From positions 32,620,786 through 32,684,785 of the forward strand of contig NC_057725.1 of assembly GCF_004010195.1 (NCBI RefSeq): a stretch of DNA of 64,000 nucleotides, in the 5' to 3' direction. The DNA is from Chiloscyllium plagiosum (taxonomy: Eukaryota). The number at the start of each line of letters is the position of its first letter. Within the stretch, counting starts at the first letter, position 1. The notes under the pieces are model-generated. The model worked only from the letters and a program-made list of their open reading frames with translations. It had not been told where the DNA came from and ran no database searches. The position numbers and the translations under genes were made by a program. Shown here piece by piece: positions 14,259 through 28,500 of the stretch.

Positions 14259-14459
14259 TCACAGCTGGTAATACAACAGTTATCATCCTCAGAGGTTGAA
14301 GATGTAAGCGAGATGAAGACGAGGTCTGGAAATGCTGCCGCTGACATAAGCAGCTAATAAATAGGAGCAGGAATAGACCACTGTGCCCTCAAGCCTGCTC
14401 TGCCATTCAACAAGAATATGGCTGATATACCTCAGGCCTCAATGGTTCTTTCATGCCAA

Positions 14460-15700
14460 ATCACAGAGTTATACAGCTGTACAGCATGGGAACAGATGCA
14501 TTAGTCTAACTCATCCATGCCGACCAGATATACTAAATTAATCTAGTCTAATTTGCCAGCATTTGGCCCATAACCCTCTAAATCCCTCCTATTCATATAC
14601 CCATTCAGATGTCTATTAAATGTTATAATTCTACCAGCCTGCACCACTTCCTCTGGCATCTCATTCCATACACACAACACCCTCTGTGTGAAAATGTTGC
14701 CCCTGAGGTCCCTTTAAATCTTTCCCCTTTCACCTTAAACCTTTAGTTTTGGATTCCCCCACACTGTCAAAAAGACCTTGTCTATTTACCCTATCCATGC
14801 CCCTCATGATTTCATAAACCTCTATAAGGTCACCCTTTAGCCTCTGACACGCCAGGGAAAACAGCCCCAGCCTATTCACCCTCTCCTTATTGCTTAAACC
14901 ATCCAATCGTGGCAACATTCCTGTAAATCTTTTCTGACCCCTTTCAAGTTTCACAACATCCTTCCAAATGCAGGGAAACTAGAATTGCACACAGTATTCC
15001 AAAAGTAGCCTAACCAATGTCCTGTACAGCCACAAGATGACCTCCCACCTTCTGTATGCAATGCTCTGACAATAAAGGAAAGCATACCAAATGCCTTCTT
15101 CACTATCCTGTCTACCCGCAGCTCCACTTTCAAGGAACTATGAATCCGTGATTCCATGGCCTCTTTGTTCAACAACACTCCCCTAGGACCTTACTATTAA
15201 ATGTATAGTCCTGCTCAGATTTACTTTTTCAAAATGCAGCACTTTACATTTAGTTAATTTAATCTCCAGCTGCCACTTTGGCCCATCTGATTAAGCTCCC
15301 ATTGTATTCTGAGGTAACCTTCTTCGCTGTTTACTACACTTCCACTTTTTGGTGTCATCTGCAAACTTACTAACTATATCTTTTACGTTCACATCCAAAT
15401 CATTTATATAAATGATGAAAAGCAGTGGACCCAGCACTGATCCTTATGGCACACCGCTGGTCACAGGTCTCCAGTCTGAAAAGCTACCTTCCACCACAAC
15501 CCTCTTCTACCTTCGAGCCAGTTCTGCATCCAAATGGCTGGTTCTCCCTGTATTCCATGAGATCTAACCTTGCTAACCAGTCTGGCATGAGGAATCTTGT
15601 CGAACGCCTTACTAAAGTCCATATAGATCACGTCTACTGCTCTGCCCTCATCAATCCTCTTTGCTACTTCTTCAAAAACCTCTACCAAGTTAGTGAGAGA
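14460..15700 (-). mobile_element. CR1 RT/3' fragment
   Basis: VDVIYMDFSKAFDKIPH, RLKGDLIEVY. Confidence 0.9.
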
Positions 15701-16644
15701 TTATTTTAATAACCCTCAACTCCTTGATGTTTCAAAAATCTATCCGTTTCCTCTTCAAGTATTTCATGATGTAGCTTCGACAATGTTCTAAGATAGAGAA
15801 TTCCAAACCTTCACTACCCTCTGGGTGAAAAAGTTCTTTTGCTTTTAAGTTTCCTGCAAGCTTGTCCCCTGTTTGAGATTCTCCAAGTAGATTCAAACGA
15901 ATATAGTGTGTGCATGAAGGCCCAACCATGCTGGTTTGACAATATTAGAAACAGGCTGGTTTAATGGCAGGAAACAGCACTTTGTAGAATTATCTCTATG
16001 ACCATATACAACTGTTTGAATGTATTGTAAACCTTCTACATTTACATCAGAATGCAGTTACATGGCAGCTATACGTGAAATTGATGCATTCTTGAATTAT
16101 CGCCCGAAAGCAGCTTTTAATGCCTTTGGAGTGACTAAAGTAAATCCTGGATTATACATCTAATTTTGCTTATCAATGTTTCCTATTGATGCAAAAGGTA
16201 TAAAGTCATAAAACAACGTCCATAGGTTCAAATGCTGAAACTCACTTTAAAGCATTTAAATGGTTTCACAACCTGACTTTTGATTCCAAACTCTGAATCT
16301 GCAATGCACAGCTAACTAATGCTTGTCTTGCAAAGCAAAATTCACTTTATGGTCTGGAGTAAATATAAGCAAATAATGTAATTGCAGGGGCAAATATCCA
16401 GGGATAAAAATGCAAAGAAATACTACTAATTTTCAATCCAGCCAACTCTCTTATAATTAACAACACCCTATAAATCTTTCCATTTTTAAGCATGCTGTAT
16501 GTTTTAATAGAATATTGAGTTGTTTAGTTTGGTTTAACTTAGATGTGAACACCTCAGTGAGGAATCCTGAATTAACCCCTTCAAAACTGCGCCACAAACT
16601 TCAGATTTGACAGAAATACCATCATCAAGCAAGATTAGGGCGCT

Positions 16645-19600
16645 AAGTTTTTTTAAATAAATATTTTTATTGAAAAGCTTGTTTAAATCTTTTACAAAAC
16701 ATTTATATATAAAGAAAAAATAATCAAAACAGAAAATCAAAGAACAAGGCCATAGCATTGTACCATTATTACTAAACAACCCACTATTCTACCAAACAAA
16801 CCTATCTACTTAACTAAAACTAAACTACAAACATATTGAATGAATACTAGTTTAAATTACATTCAAGCTACTTAAATTAGATAATGTCTCACTACTTTAT
16901 TCTGTCTTACCTATCGCACCTCCACTGAGGCTCCATCCCAGGGAGTACCCCCTACAGTACCCATATTTTTTCCTTCCGGTCTCCTCCCCCCGAGGCCCCA
17001 CAGGCGCCTATAAAGATTCCCACGGCCCTGACTACTATTGCCAACAAGTCCATTTCAATATAATTTTAAAAGGGCCACCATGTCCTATAAAACTTTTCCA
17101 TTTTGTGGTGCACCATATTTGTGAGGTAATCGTGAGGGAGATACTCCATCAGCAGCTTACGCCACCCCATTAGACCTGGTGGTTTTTCTGATGGCCAATT
17201 TAGTAAAATGTTCTTCCTCACACAATGGGCAAGGATATTACACAGTTTTTTCCCATGTTCCCCCAGAGAGGGCAAGTTTGGCAGCCCCAAAAGAAGAATT
17301 ACTGGATCCATGTTAATATCAATCCCCAGAATGTCTTTTAACTCCCTTACAATAGTACACCAATATCTTTGGATCTTGCAACGTGACCAATAGCAATGTG
17401 TGAGAGTACCTGTATTAATTTTACATTTGGGACATTCTGGTGACACTCCTCTCTTAAACTTAGCTAACCTTCCTGGTACCATATGAGTCCTGTGTAAGAT
17501 CTTCAATTGCATAGCCTGTGTTCTGTTACATACTTAAATTTTACTTGCGTTACCCCAGATATCTTCCTATATGTCCGGTGAAATGTCCTGTCCTAACTCT
17601 TGGTTCCACGTCTTACAGAGTCCTTCCATGTCCCCACAGCACGGCATGTCCCCAGAGTCCTTCCATGTCCCCACATCTGATTTATAACATTGCGCTAGGA
17701 GTGTGGTCTTCCTCTGTATATAGTCCCTTACCTGGAAGTATCGGAAAAGGTCCTTATTGGATAGTCCATATTTCTGACATCAGGACCTCTCCCTCGAACA
17801 AATTTCCCAAACATAGAAGCCTGCTCCTTAATCACATTGGGGAAGTCCAGATTTTCAAAACATTTCCCATTGTACTATGTTCACTCCCCTCTGTCCGATA
17901 TAGCTCTTCAAAGTATTCCCTAAACCTTGCATTGATCTTTTTGGAATCACGGGTAATCGTACCAGTCTTCTCCCTAACAGCAGTAATAGATTGAGAGGCT
18001 TATCTTCGAATTAAAACAGTCTTTGTTTGGCAAAGGAGATCTCTTTTTTTTTAGCCACTTGTGTGTGTATGTTGAGTTGAGGGCAGCCCAGAGAGCTGTG
18101 ACCTTCTGAAGTTTAACCAATGACAGTTTAGTATGTTTTCTCAGCTACCTTCAGTCAGGCCTCTAGCAACGCCTGCTGCTCCTCCCTCTTCCTTTTTCTA
18201 GTCGCCAAAAATGAAATAATCAGACCTCGCAAGTATGCCTTACTGGTCTCCCAAGGTATTGCCAGATTACTAGCCACACCTGAATTAATATCCCAAAAGG
18301 TCCTGAATTCCCTTGTAATATATTCAGTAAATTTACTATCCCCAAACAAAAATGAATCCATGTGCCAGTGACGTGCATTTGCTCTACTGCCCATGGCTTT
18401 AATATCCAAGTATATTGACGTATGATCTGAAACAGCTCATATTCCCTATTTTACATGCCAATATTCCATCCAGAACATCAGACGGCATAAAAATCATATC
18501 AATTCGCATATGACATTTGCGTAAGTTGGAATAGAATGTGAAATCTCTTCCGTTAGGGTTGAGGGTACCTCAACACATCCACTGATCCCAACTAATCACA
18601 CATGTCCACCAACCGTATAGACTGTGTGAGCGTACCTGACAGGCCTTTCGACACCCTGTCAATCTCTGGATCTATAAGGCGATTAAAATCTCTCCAATAA
18701 TCCTACGATGAACCCCAAGATTCATTAATTCAGCCATTGCATCAATTAGAAATTTAAGAAGGTGTGCCAATATACATTCAGAACACCATATTCTTCTCCA
18801 TGTATCAGGGCTTTCAAAATAATAAACCTTCCATGATCATCCTTAATCTGCTCCATTACTTAAAAAAGGAGGTTCCTTTTTATCAATATAGCTACCCTTC
18901 TACTCTTAGAACTGAAGGATGAAAAAAACACCTTGTCATAACCCCCCTGCTGTAGTTTCAAATGTTCCTTGTCAGTTAGGTGAGTCTCTTGCAGCAGGGC
19001 AATATCCACCCTTTCCTTCCTGACGCTCGACAAGACCCTTTTTCTTTTAACAGGAGAATGACTCCCTTTATATTCCAGGTGCACCACCTGAACAAATCAC
19101 TAGCCATGGTCATCTAGGACAGCCCGTGGTTTCCCAGGAGGAAGGAACTTATCTGAGGTGGGACGAATTACAAAGATATTAACTCTATGAAATCTAAGAA
19201 CTATTCTTATAGAAACAACTACATCTAAAAAAAAACATCTAACTGAAACAAATACCCAAATAATCCCCCATTCACTCGGGATCTTCTCCCCTACCTGTAG
19301 GGGGCACCCTTCCCAATCCCTATTACCATCTTAACTCCCTCTAGCTGAGGATGTGCCCTAGCCCCAGGCAATTCACAAATAATAAAGACTTGTTATTTAC
19401 AGTCTGAAACAGTGGATATCCATTCGCGACCCCCAACACCTCCCCACCCCTCACACGTCTTAGTCACAAATATAGTTACCCCAAATGCAAGATCAAACAG
19501 ACAGCATTAAAAAAATCCTAGATGTTACCCAGCCAACCGATATATAAAATAGTCCCAGTTTAACAAATTTACAACAAAATCATACATGTACAACCAATAA

Positions 19601-20650
19601 TCACAAAAAAAGGGAAGAGGGAAAGGGGGGTGGGGAAGGGAAATAGAAAGGGGGGTAATTCCGAAAAAATACCCCAAACCAATGTTAGCAATAATGCCTC
19701 CTCCCTTCCTGTCCCAACTCAGGTCCTTCATTTCAGAGATTTCACAAAGTCCTTCGCCTTTTCAGCAGAGTCAAAGTTATATACCGTCCACGCATAGGTG
19801 AGACATAACACGGCCGGGTACCTCATGGAGTATTGGATGTTTAAGTTCCTTAATTCTTTTTTAACATCAAATGTTCTTCTCCTCTTGACCAGGGCTCCTG
19901 AAAAATCTTGAAAAAAACATTATCTTTGAACCTTTATACATTAAGACTTGTGAGTTCTTTCCCAATCTTCTTGCTGATTCCACTATTAACTGTTTTTCTT
20001 TATAATACAGGAGCTGCACTAGGACCACACGTGGGCACTGTTCCAGCCCAGACCTGCGTGTTGTGATCTGGTGGGCCTGCTCCACACCTACCAGGCCTGA
20101 CTTCAACTCTAACTGCAGAAACTTCGGGAGCCATCCTCGCAGGATGCCAATGAGATCTTCGCCTTCTTCATGTTCTGGGAGGACCACGATCCATAAGGTT
20201 TTTCTTCTATTTTTGTTTTCTAGATTATCAACTTGATCCTGAAAGACTCTAATCTGGTCTTCCAGTGTTTGGATCCTTCCTTCCGAGACCTCAGCCAGAG
20301 TCTCTGATGCTGCGGTCCTTTCCTCCACAGCCTCCAGTCTTCGTTCCAGGAGCTGCATTTCCTGCTCATGCTTTTTTAGCGTGGCAGGCAGTGGCTCCAC
20401 TGTTACTTGAATCCACTATCAGAGTTTAGCGTTAGGGGAATGCCCTGTCTGCTGTCCTCCTTTAGGCCCCTTTCCTTTACCGGTCTTCATCTCCGGTGAT
20501 TTCAGCAGCTCAAAATAATCAACGAGTTTAAATTAATACTTTTTTCTCCTTGGGGTGTTTGAAAGGGTGGGGGTGGGTAAAGGTCCACTTTGCCCAGAGG
20601 CATAGCAGAGAGCCCATCCCAGCAGACCACTCAGACTGCTGCCATCTTGG
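16645..20650 (-). mobile_element. L1 LINE with 5'UTR, ORF1, endonuclease and C-terminus, but with the RT domain deleted
   Basis: ORF1 coiled coil plus DNLENKNRRKTL; ORF2 starts MASDLFRWCTWNIKGSHSP, LLQETHL; C-terminal CPKC...H..W.C; A-rich end at ~16645; the linker joins the C-terminal region at ~17820. Confidence 0.85.
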
Positions 20651-21719
20651 ATCAAGTTAGTTTATGAAGTACAAGCAAAACAACATCAAATAGCTGAAGA
20701 TTTATCAACTAATCAGCTGAAGATTCGGACCCCCGAGAGGGGCCTCTCGATTCTGTGATCGGTCAAATAAAAACTAGCAGCTCAGTCTCTTTTAGCAAGT
20801 TTTAACAATTTATTATGATGCTGGGCATAGATTGTCCAGCAACACAGAAGTTAAACTCCTTTGTGTACTCTGGAAGGGCTGTGCACAATCTTAAAACACA
20901 GACAACTTTTATAGGTTTCTTAACAAACAGAACAGCCTTAATTGCAAACTTAATCCAATAAAATGAAATGATATGACAAACAGACATAAAATTAAGCCAA
21001 TTATATTTCCTGGGAACTGACTTGTTTTGCGCTTCTTTATCTCCGGGACACCTGGTTTCCAAAGTCATGTCATATCTTACTTAGTTAATTCATACTATGA
21101 ACAGGGCATTGTTTGCTGATCTCTTTCAATTAGTTTAGGAATGCAGTTTTCAGCAGAGTTAGATGCCATTGCTCCTGGAAGCCATTTTGTTATGTTATTT
21201 TATGTTACTTGCATTGAGAAGCTATTTTGTAGTCAGTAAAAGCATGCATTAAATGGTTGCTCCTGACAACAGCCTAGATCCAGATTTTAGATCCTCACAA
21301 CCAGCTAGTAAAATAAATCAAAAGGTTGAACTACACATAGAGGGCATGAAGCTTAATGGCCAATCTGGCACTCAGCTTGCTGACAAGAAATCTTTCTGTT
21401 CACAAAATCAAAACACATTCAAATCTGGCTTCTTGACAGATATTCTGATCTAATTCAGCCAAAATTTCACAAAAATGGCAGATAGAAAAAGACAAAATAT
21501 CATTCTGAAATAGCAAAGGTAAAGACATTTTTAAATTATTAATTTAGAGTTAGCATCACTGGCGATGTAAATTATTACCCATCCCTAATTGCTATGAGTA
21601 TGGAGTCACATGTAACTAGACCAGAAAGGGATGGCAGATTTCCTTCCCTAAAGGACATTAGTGAATCGGCCGGGTTTTAACAACAATACATGTAATGATG
21701 GCTGCATTCTAGAAAATTT

Positions 21720-22480
21720 CTACTCTATAGGAAAATATCAAATGTAGCATTTCTAATCAAGAAAACAGGAAACTACAGAGCAGTTACATCTGTCTCATGG
21801 AAAATACTTAAATCTATTAACAGCATTTAGAAACTTTTCATCAGGCTGAGCCAAAATGGTTTTGTGAAAGCGAAATAATGTTTGGCCAATCTATTTATTA
21901 GAGTTCTTTGAGGAAGAAACAAGCATTTTGGACAAAGGGGAACCTGTGGACATGGTGTATTTGGATTTTCAAATGGTGTTTGATATGATTATACAAGGGT
22001 TATTATATTTAAAAAAAAGCTTTGTAGACTTGTAATATTTTAACAGGATGACTACGTAGCAGGAAACAGAGATAAATGGGTCACTTTTAGGTTGACAAGA
22101 TGCTTACAAGAATTCTAAAAAGAGTTAGTGATAGATAAAAGGGAGGAGGAAATAAATTGCAGATGGGTCATAATGTGGGAAAATCTAACTTATCCACTTT
22201 ACCAGGAAGAATGAACAAAGTAATATATTACTTATAGACCAGTCTATAGAACACTGTATGGGAACGAGGGTCTTGGGTGTCCTGGTAGATGAATCAATGT
22301 CAGATTACAAGTACAATGACTATCATTTATTGCAAGGCAAATGAAATATTCAGTTGTATGGTGCATTGGTAACATCACACCTGAAGTAGTGTGTAAATGT
22401 TTGGTCATTTTACTTTTGAGATGCATTGAGGTTCACCTGAGTGATTTCTGGGATTAATGGGTTAGCTGGGCTAATGGAGA
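21720..22480 (+). mobile_element. Highly degenerate CR1 RT fragment
   Basis: gtggacatggtgtatttggattttcaa (VDxVYLDFQ) remnant. Confidence 0.55.
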
Positions 22481-22507
22481 CAAATGGGCTTAGTCTTGCT
22501 CATGATT

Positions 22508-22810
22508 ACTTTTATTCATTAAAGCGATGTGGATATCAATGGCCAGTCCAGTACTTATTGCCCAGAGGGCAATTGAGAGGCAACCACATTGCTGTGGGTC
22601 TGGAGTAACATGTAGACCAGATAATGATGGTGGATTTCTTTCCCTAACGGACAATAATGAACCAGATGAGTTTTTCTGATAATCATCAACAGTTTTGTGA
22701 TCATCATTAGATTCTTAATTGCCAGTTTTGGGTTTTACTGAAATCAAACTCCACCATCTGCCATGGCAGGAGTTGAACCCAGGTCCTCTAGCTTAATAAT
22801 ATCACTAGGG
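22508..22810 (-). mobile_element. SINE with tRNA-like head and CR1-type 3' tail
   Basis: Head read as gacctgggttcaactcc on the minus strand; tail matches the 30120-30265 end (gggcaat...cacatc...aatgaataaaaa). Confidence 0.55.
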
Positions 22811-24195
22811 CATCATCTGTACCTATGCTTTTACATCCTGAAGCGACTTGTGCTTTAGTGTTGCAACATTATTTTAACTGTTAAACCAGTCAAGCTGATC
22901 AATTTAATCATAGTTTCATAACAGAACATGATCCACAATTATATACATTCATGTACATTTCTCATTAGATCTGCATAAGGTAGAAACAACCATGATTACA
23001 GGTTCTGCAAGTGAGGTCACATTTAACATCAATCTCTATTTTTGCTGGTTTGTCAGGCCACTTCAGAAGGCACCAACAGCACCAAGGGAGTCAGAGATCA
23101 AAGATTTTCTAAAAGTCTGAAATCCTTGGTGTTTTCCCAAAATGAGCAATCTAACATTAGATTGGAATCAAATAAATAAAAGATGGTTTCTGACAATCTA
23201 ACAGCTTCTGTGGAATGTTTTCTTCAGTGTGAGACAAATTATCAGTTTTTAAATTCAATTTCACAGTTTACAACTGAACATAGTATGTATAAAATTCCTG
23301 TTGAGTTGTGGTTTCACAGATGCTAATTAGTCTTTGTTTATTTCAATAAAAATATTCCATTCTTAATATGCACAATTCAAAGTGCAAGCACTCCATTTCA
23401 TGAAACAGAGTGTCCGTCAGTTAGATGCCTGTGTAGGGTAGAGAATCTGGAAAAATAAAATTGATATAGGTTAGCATTTTATACATATGTTTAAAAAAAT
23501 TGGACTAACTTTTCAAATTGAATAGTGACAAAATAGGATTCAGTGCTGCAATAATCAAGCTGTAAATAAAATAAATACAAGGGAAAGAAGAAATTATCCA
23601 CAAAATGTTATCCAAATTTTGTGACTATATTTAATAGTCACCTATTCAAAACATTATTTTCTTATTCAATCTTCCCTTAACAATTGATAGATGTTGGGAC
23701 ATTTTTTTAAAAATCTGACAGAGCAGCAAAGGACAAAGGGGTTATTAATGGTGGGGAGACAGAAAAAGGGATGTGCTCTTTCACACCTTAATTTACAGCC
23801 ATTTTATATCTTTTTCCACTATTAATAACTCTTTCTTCCACTCTGGGCCTTTGCCTCTGTCGAAAGTATATACCAGAACAATTTCCATCATCTTTCAGTT
23901 CTGAAGACATCATATCAGACTTACTAACATTAATTTTGTTTCTTCCTCCACAGATGCTGACAGACCTGCTGAGTTTCTCCAGCATTCTCTTGTCTTTGTT
24001 TCAGATTTCCAGTATCTGCAGTAAACTGCCTTAACAATACCAATGAAACCAGAGTTGCACATAGATTATAATATCCAAGTGCTTAGAAAAAGTAAACATT
24101 TCAGAAAACAGATCACTATTCTATTCGTATTTCTATTCTGTTTACTAAACCCTACTGCTCCCTGATGGCACACTACATCGGTTACAATAATTATA

Positions 24196-24895
24196 GGGAG
24201 AAAGTGAGGACTGCAGATGCTGGAGATCAGAGTCGAGGGTGTGATGCTGGAAAAGGGAGTTAAAGTTTCAGCCACAGGACAGTGGGGTGGTTTGTGTGGG
24301 TGGCCCAGAGATGTTCTCTGAAACAATCCGCAAGTTGGCATTCGGTCTCCCTAATATAGAGGAAACCACATCGGGTGGAACGGATACAGTAGACGACGTG
24401 TATGAAAGTGCAGGTAAATTTCTGTCGGATGTGGAAAGACATTCCTTCCCCTTTAACTCTCCCTTCCACTCCATCAAGGACATGCAAGTCCTGGGCCTCC
24501 TCCATTGCCAAACCCTAACCATCCGACGCCTGGAGGATGAACGCCTCATATTCCACCTGGGACCCTGCAATCACACGGGATCAATGTGGATTTCACCAGT
24601 TTCCTCATTTCTGTTCCCCCCGCCTTATCCCAGTCCCAAGACTCCACTCTCTTGACCTGTCCATCTTCCTTCCTACCTATCCACTCCACTCTCCTCTCCG
24701 ATCTAACACTTTCACCCCACCTTCATTTACCTATTACATTGCCAGCTACCTTCCCCACTCTCCCTCCCCCCCCCCCCCCCCCCAGGCCCACAAGCCTCAT
24801 TCCTGATGAAGGGCTTATGCCCACAACATTGATTCTCCTGCTCCTTGGATGCTGCCTGACCTGCTGTGCTTTTCCAGCACCACACTCTAGACTAC
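24196..24895. mobile_element. Penelope-like element with internal inversion
   Basis: Minus part: FTCTFIHVVYCIRSTRCGFLYIRET..QLADCFREHL (GIY-YIG); plus part carries the 3' terminus. Confidence 0.78.
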
Positions 24896-25269
24896 AATAA
24901 TTGCAGCTATGGCAGCTGGATAGATGGAGTCAGGATATAGATCTATCAAAATCTTATTGAATGATGGACAGCTCGTGGGATTTATTGGTATGCCCTTGCT
25001 CCTATCAATTCAACTAAGAAACTAGATTTAAACCTTTATTTCTGGGAGCAGGTTTCTTTGTCAGGTTCAGGATTCACTTGTTTAAAATGGTCTGTAAGAA
25101 AAAGTCACTCCCCATCAGTGCATCAGAAGATTTCTTTATTCTTTATATCCAGATTCAACTCTAGATGCCAATGAATTAGTCCAAGTAGAGAGACTTTGTA
25201 AGTTTTCATTTAACTTTTCCCTTTGTAAGTTTTCATTTAACTTTTCCCTTGACAATATCATGGCTATGC

Positions 25270-27700
25270 TAAAAGAGTACACTATGGAGATCTTGGGTAG
25301 TGAGGCATTATGGGTGGAGCTGAGAAATAAGAAGGGTGCAGTCACACTGTTGGGGCTGTATTACAGACCTCCCAACAGTGAGCATGAAGTAGAAGAACAA
25401 ATACGTAAACAGATTATGGAAAGATGTAGAGGCAATAAGGTATTGGTGTTGGGAGATTTTAATTTTCGCAATATTGACTGGGATACACTTAACGTCAGAG
25501 GTCTGGATTGGGTAGAATTTGTAAGAAGCATCCCGGAGAGTTTTCTAGAGCAGTATGTCAATAGTCCGACGAGGGAAGGGGCCATATTGGACCTGGTACT
25601 GGGTAACGAGCCAGGACAAGTGGTAGAAGTTACTGTGGGGGGATTTCTTTGGGAACAATGATCACAATTCTGTAAGTTTTAGAATACTCGTAGATAAAAA
25701 GAGAGTGGTCCTAAGGGAAGAATACTAAACTAGGCAAAGGCCGATTATATCAAAATTAGGCGGGAGCTCGGAAATGTGGATTGGACATAGCTATTTGAAG
25801 GGAAGTCCACATTTGAGATGTGGGAGGCTTTCAAGAATAGGTTAAAGATAGTGCAGGATAGACATGTCCCGTTGAAGGCAGAGGATAGGAAGGGCAAGAT
25901 TCATGAACCATGGATGACAGGAGAAATTGCACGACTCGCCAAGAGGAAAAGGGAAGCATCTAGGCAGCTAAGAACAAAATGGGCCCTGGAAGAAAATCGG
26001 AAGAGTAGGACAAGTCTTAAACGAGGAATTAAGCGGGCTAAAAGGGATCATGAAATAGCTTTAGCGAGCAGAATTAAGGAGAATCCCAAAGCATTTTATT
26101 CTTATATAAGAAGCAAATGGGTAACTAGAGAAAGGATTGGTGCAGTAAAGGATAATGAAGGAAGGCTTGTGCTGAACCTGAGAGAATGGGTGAGATTCTG
26201 AATGATTACTTTGCATCAATGTTCACTGAGGAGGGGAACATGATGAATGTTAAGATTAGAGGTAGAAATTTGATTAGTCTGGATCACGTTGACATAAGTA
26301 GGGAAGATGTGTTGGGTAGGCTGGAGGGTATTCAGGTGGACAAATCCCCAGGACCGGATGGGATCTATCCTAGGTTGCTGAGGGAGGGGAGAGAGGAAAT
26401 AGCTGGGGCCCTGACAGATATCTTTGTGGCACCCTTAAACACAGGTGAGGTGCCAGAGGACTGGAGGGTTGCTCATGTTGTCCCCCTGTACAAGAAAGAT
26501 AGTAGGGATATTCCGGGTCACTACAGACCAGTGAGCTTGATGTCGATGGTGGGAAAGTTGCTGGAGAGGGTACTGAGGGATAGGATCTATTTATATTTAG
26601 AAAAGAATGGGCTTATCAGTGATAGGCAACATGGTTTTGTATGGGGGAGATCGTGCCTTACCAACTTAATAGAGCTCTTCAAGGAAGTGACCAAGTTGAT
26701 AGATGAAGGAAGGGTTGTTAATGTCACGTACATGGACTTTAGTAAGGCATTTGATAAGGTTCCCCATGGTAGACTAATGAAGAAAGTGAAGTCAAAGGTG
26801 TGCAGGGTGTTCTAGCTAGGTGGATAATGAACTGGTTGAGCAGCAGGAGACAGAGTCGTAGTAGTTGAAGGGAGTTTCTCGAAATGGAGAAAGGTGACCA
26901 GTGGTGTTCCACAGGGGTCAGTGTTGGGGCCACTGTTGTTTGTAATATACATAAATGATCTGGAAGAGGGCATGTTGGTATGATCAGCAAGTTTGCAGAT
27001 GACACGAAGATTGGTGGAGTAGCAGAAAGCATAAGGGACTGTCAAAGAATACAGGAGAATATGGATAGACTGGAGAGTTGGGCGGAAAAGTGGCAGATGG
27101 AGTTCAATCCAGACAAANNNNNNNNTTGTACAAGACATTGGTTCGGCCACATTTAGAATACTGTGTACAGTTCTGGTCGCCACATCACCAAAAGGATGTG
27201 GACACTTTGGAGAGGGTGCAGAGAAGGTTTACGAGGATGTTGCCTGGTATGGAAGGTGCTAGCTATGAAGAAAGGTTGAGTAGGTTAGGTATATTTTCAT
27301 TAGAAAAAAGGAGAGTGGGAGGAACCTGATTGAGATTCATCATAGAATCATGAAGGGTATTGACAGGGTGGATAGAGACATGCTTTTTCCCAGGGTGAAG
27401 GATTCAATAATGAGAGGTCACGCTTTCAAGGTGAGAGGTGGAATGTTTAAGGGGGATACACGCGGCAAGTACTTCACACAGAGGCTGGTGGGCATTTGGA
27501 ACACGTTGCCAACAGAGGTGGTAGAGGCAGGTACGGTAGATTCATTTAAGATGCGTCTGGATAAATGCATGAGTAGGTGGGGAGCAGAGGGATACAGATG
27601 CTTATGAATTGACCGATAGGTTTAGACAGTACATTTGGATCGGCTCAGGCTTGGAGGGCAGAAGGGCCTGTTCCTGGGCTGTAAATGTTCTTTGTTCTTT
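25270..27700 (+). mobile_element. CR1 LINE (endonuclease end, RT and 3' UTR), interrupted by a short N gap at ~27118-27125
   Basis: LYYRPPNS, LGDFNF, PTREGAILDLVL, KSPGPDG, DFSKAFDKVPH, KFADDTK. Confidence 0.93.
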
Positions 27701-27879
27701 GCTCTTATTCAATATTCATCACCTAGTTATGTACTTAATTATAGAAAGTGGCATATAAATCACCACTTTTTGATAGGTTAGATTAGATTCTCTATAGGAA
27801 AGCTGGAAATACTTGGGGAGAAGCTTAGTCTGCCAATTTCATACATGTCACAACCAAAATATCTATTTATGCAATGTAT

Positions 27880-28100
27880 TAGGGAATTGGTTTAGCTCAG
27901 TTGGCTGGATTGTTGATTTGCAGAGCAGTGAGATGCTGACAGCATGAGGTCAATACTCCTTTACTGGTCTGAGGTTACCATGAAGAACTCTCCTTCTCAA
28001 CCTCTTCCCTGGCTTGAGGTCTGGTGGCCCTCAGGTTAAATCACCACCAGTTGCTTCTTTCTAATAAGACAACACCTCTATGGTCTGGTGAGACTATGAT
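27880..28100 (+). mobile_element. tRNA-like SINE, second family
   Basis: tagctcagttgg A-box; similar to 9950-10125. Confidence 0.55.
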
Positions 28101-28239
28101 GATACAGCAATAACTTACAAGACAAATCCTCTGATTCCTGGGTAATGGGCCAAAATATATGTAGAGTAAAAGGTAATCTTAAAACATATATTTCAAGTTC
28201 AGCTAAGGTCGTAAAAGTAGAAAATATGACAGCTCATCT

Positions 28240-28500
28240 ATTTTCATGAAGTTGATTGAGAAATAAGCATTGACCAGGTCACTTGGGCATAATGTCCCTG
28301 CTTTCTTTGAAATAGCGTTACGTAATTTATGAGGTCCCTCTGAAGGGGCAAGCACACCCTTGATTTAAAGTCACATCCAAAAGACGACACCTCTGACAGA
28401 TATAGCAATCGGCTTAAATTGTTGCACTTCAGTATGGGAGTGGGACTCAAAACAACACCTGCTGACTCAGATGAGAAACTGCTACCATCTCAGACATGGT
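28240..28500 (-). mobile_element. DeuSINE/SacSINE1-like old SINE
   Basis: Minus strand reads ctgagtcag...gagtcccactcc...tgtcagaggtgtcgtcttttggatgtgactttaaa...ctatttcaaagaaagcaggg, resembling the Deu core (from memory); a weaker copy lies at ~37560-37730. Confidence 0.6.

Noticed and set aside
23340-23460. Minus-strand acceptor (ttttatttttccag) as a further exon of the IgSF gene
   Set aside because: It lies ~6 kb past the stop, with no supporting ORF or linked donor.
25194-25250. 27-bp direct duplication next to a CR1 5' end
   Set aside because: Ordinary slippage-type duplication, not a target-site duplication of the element.
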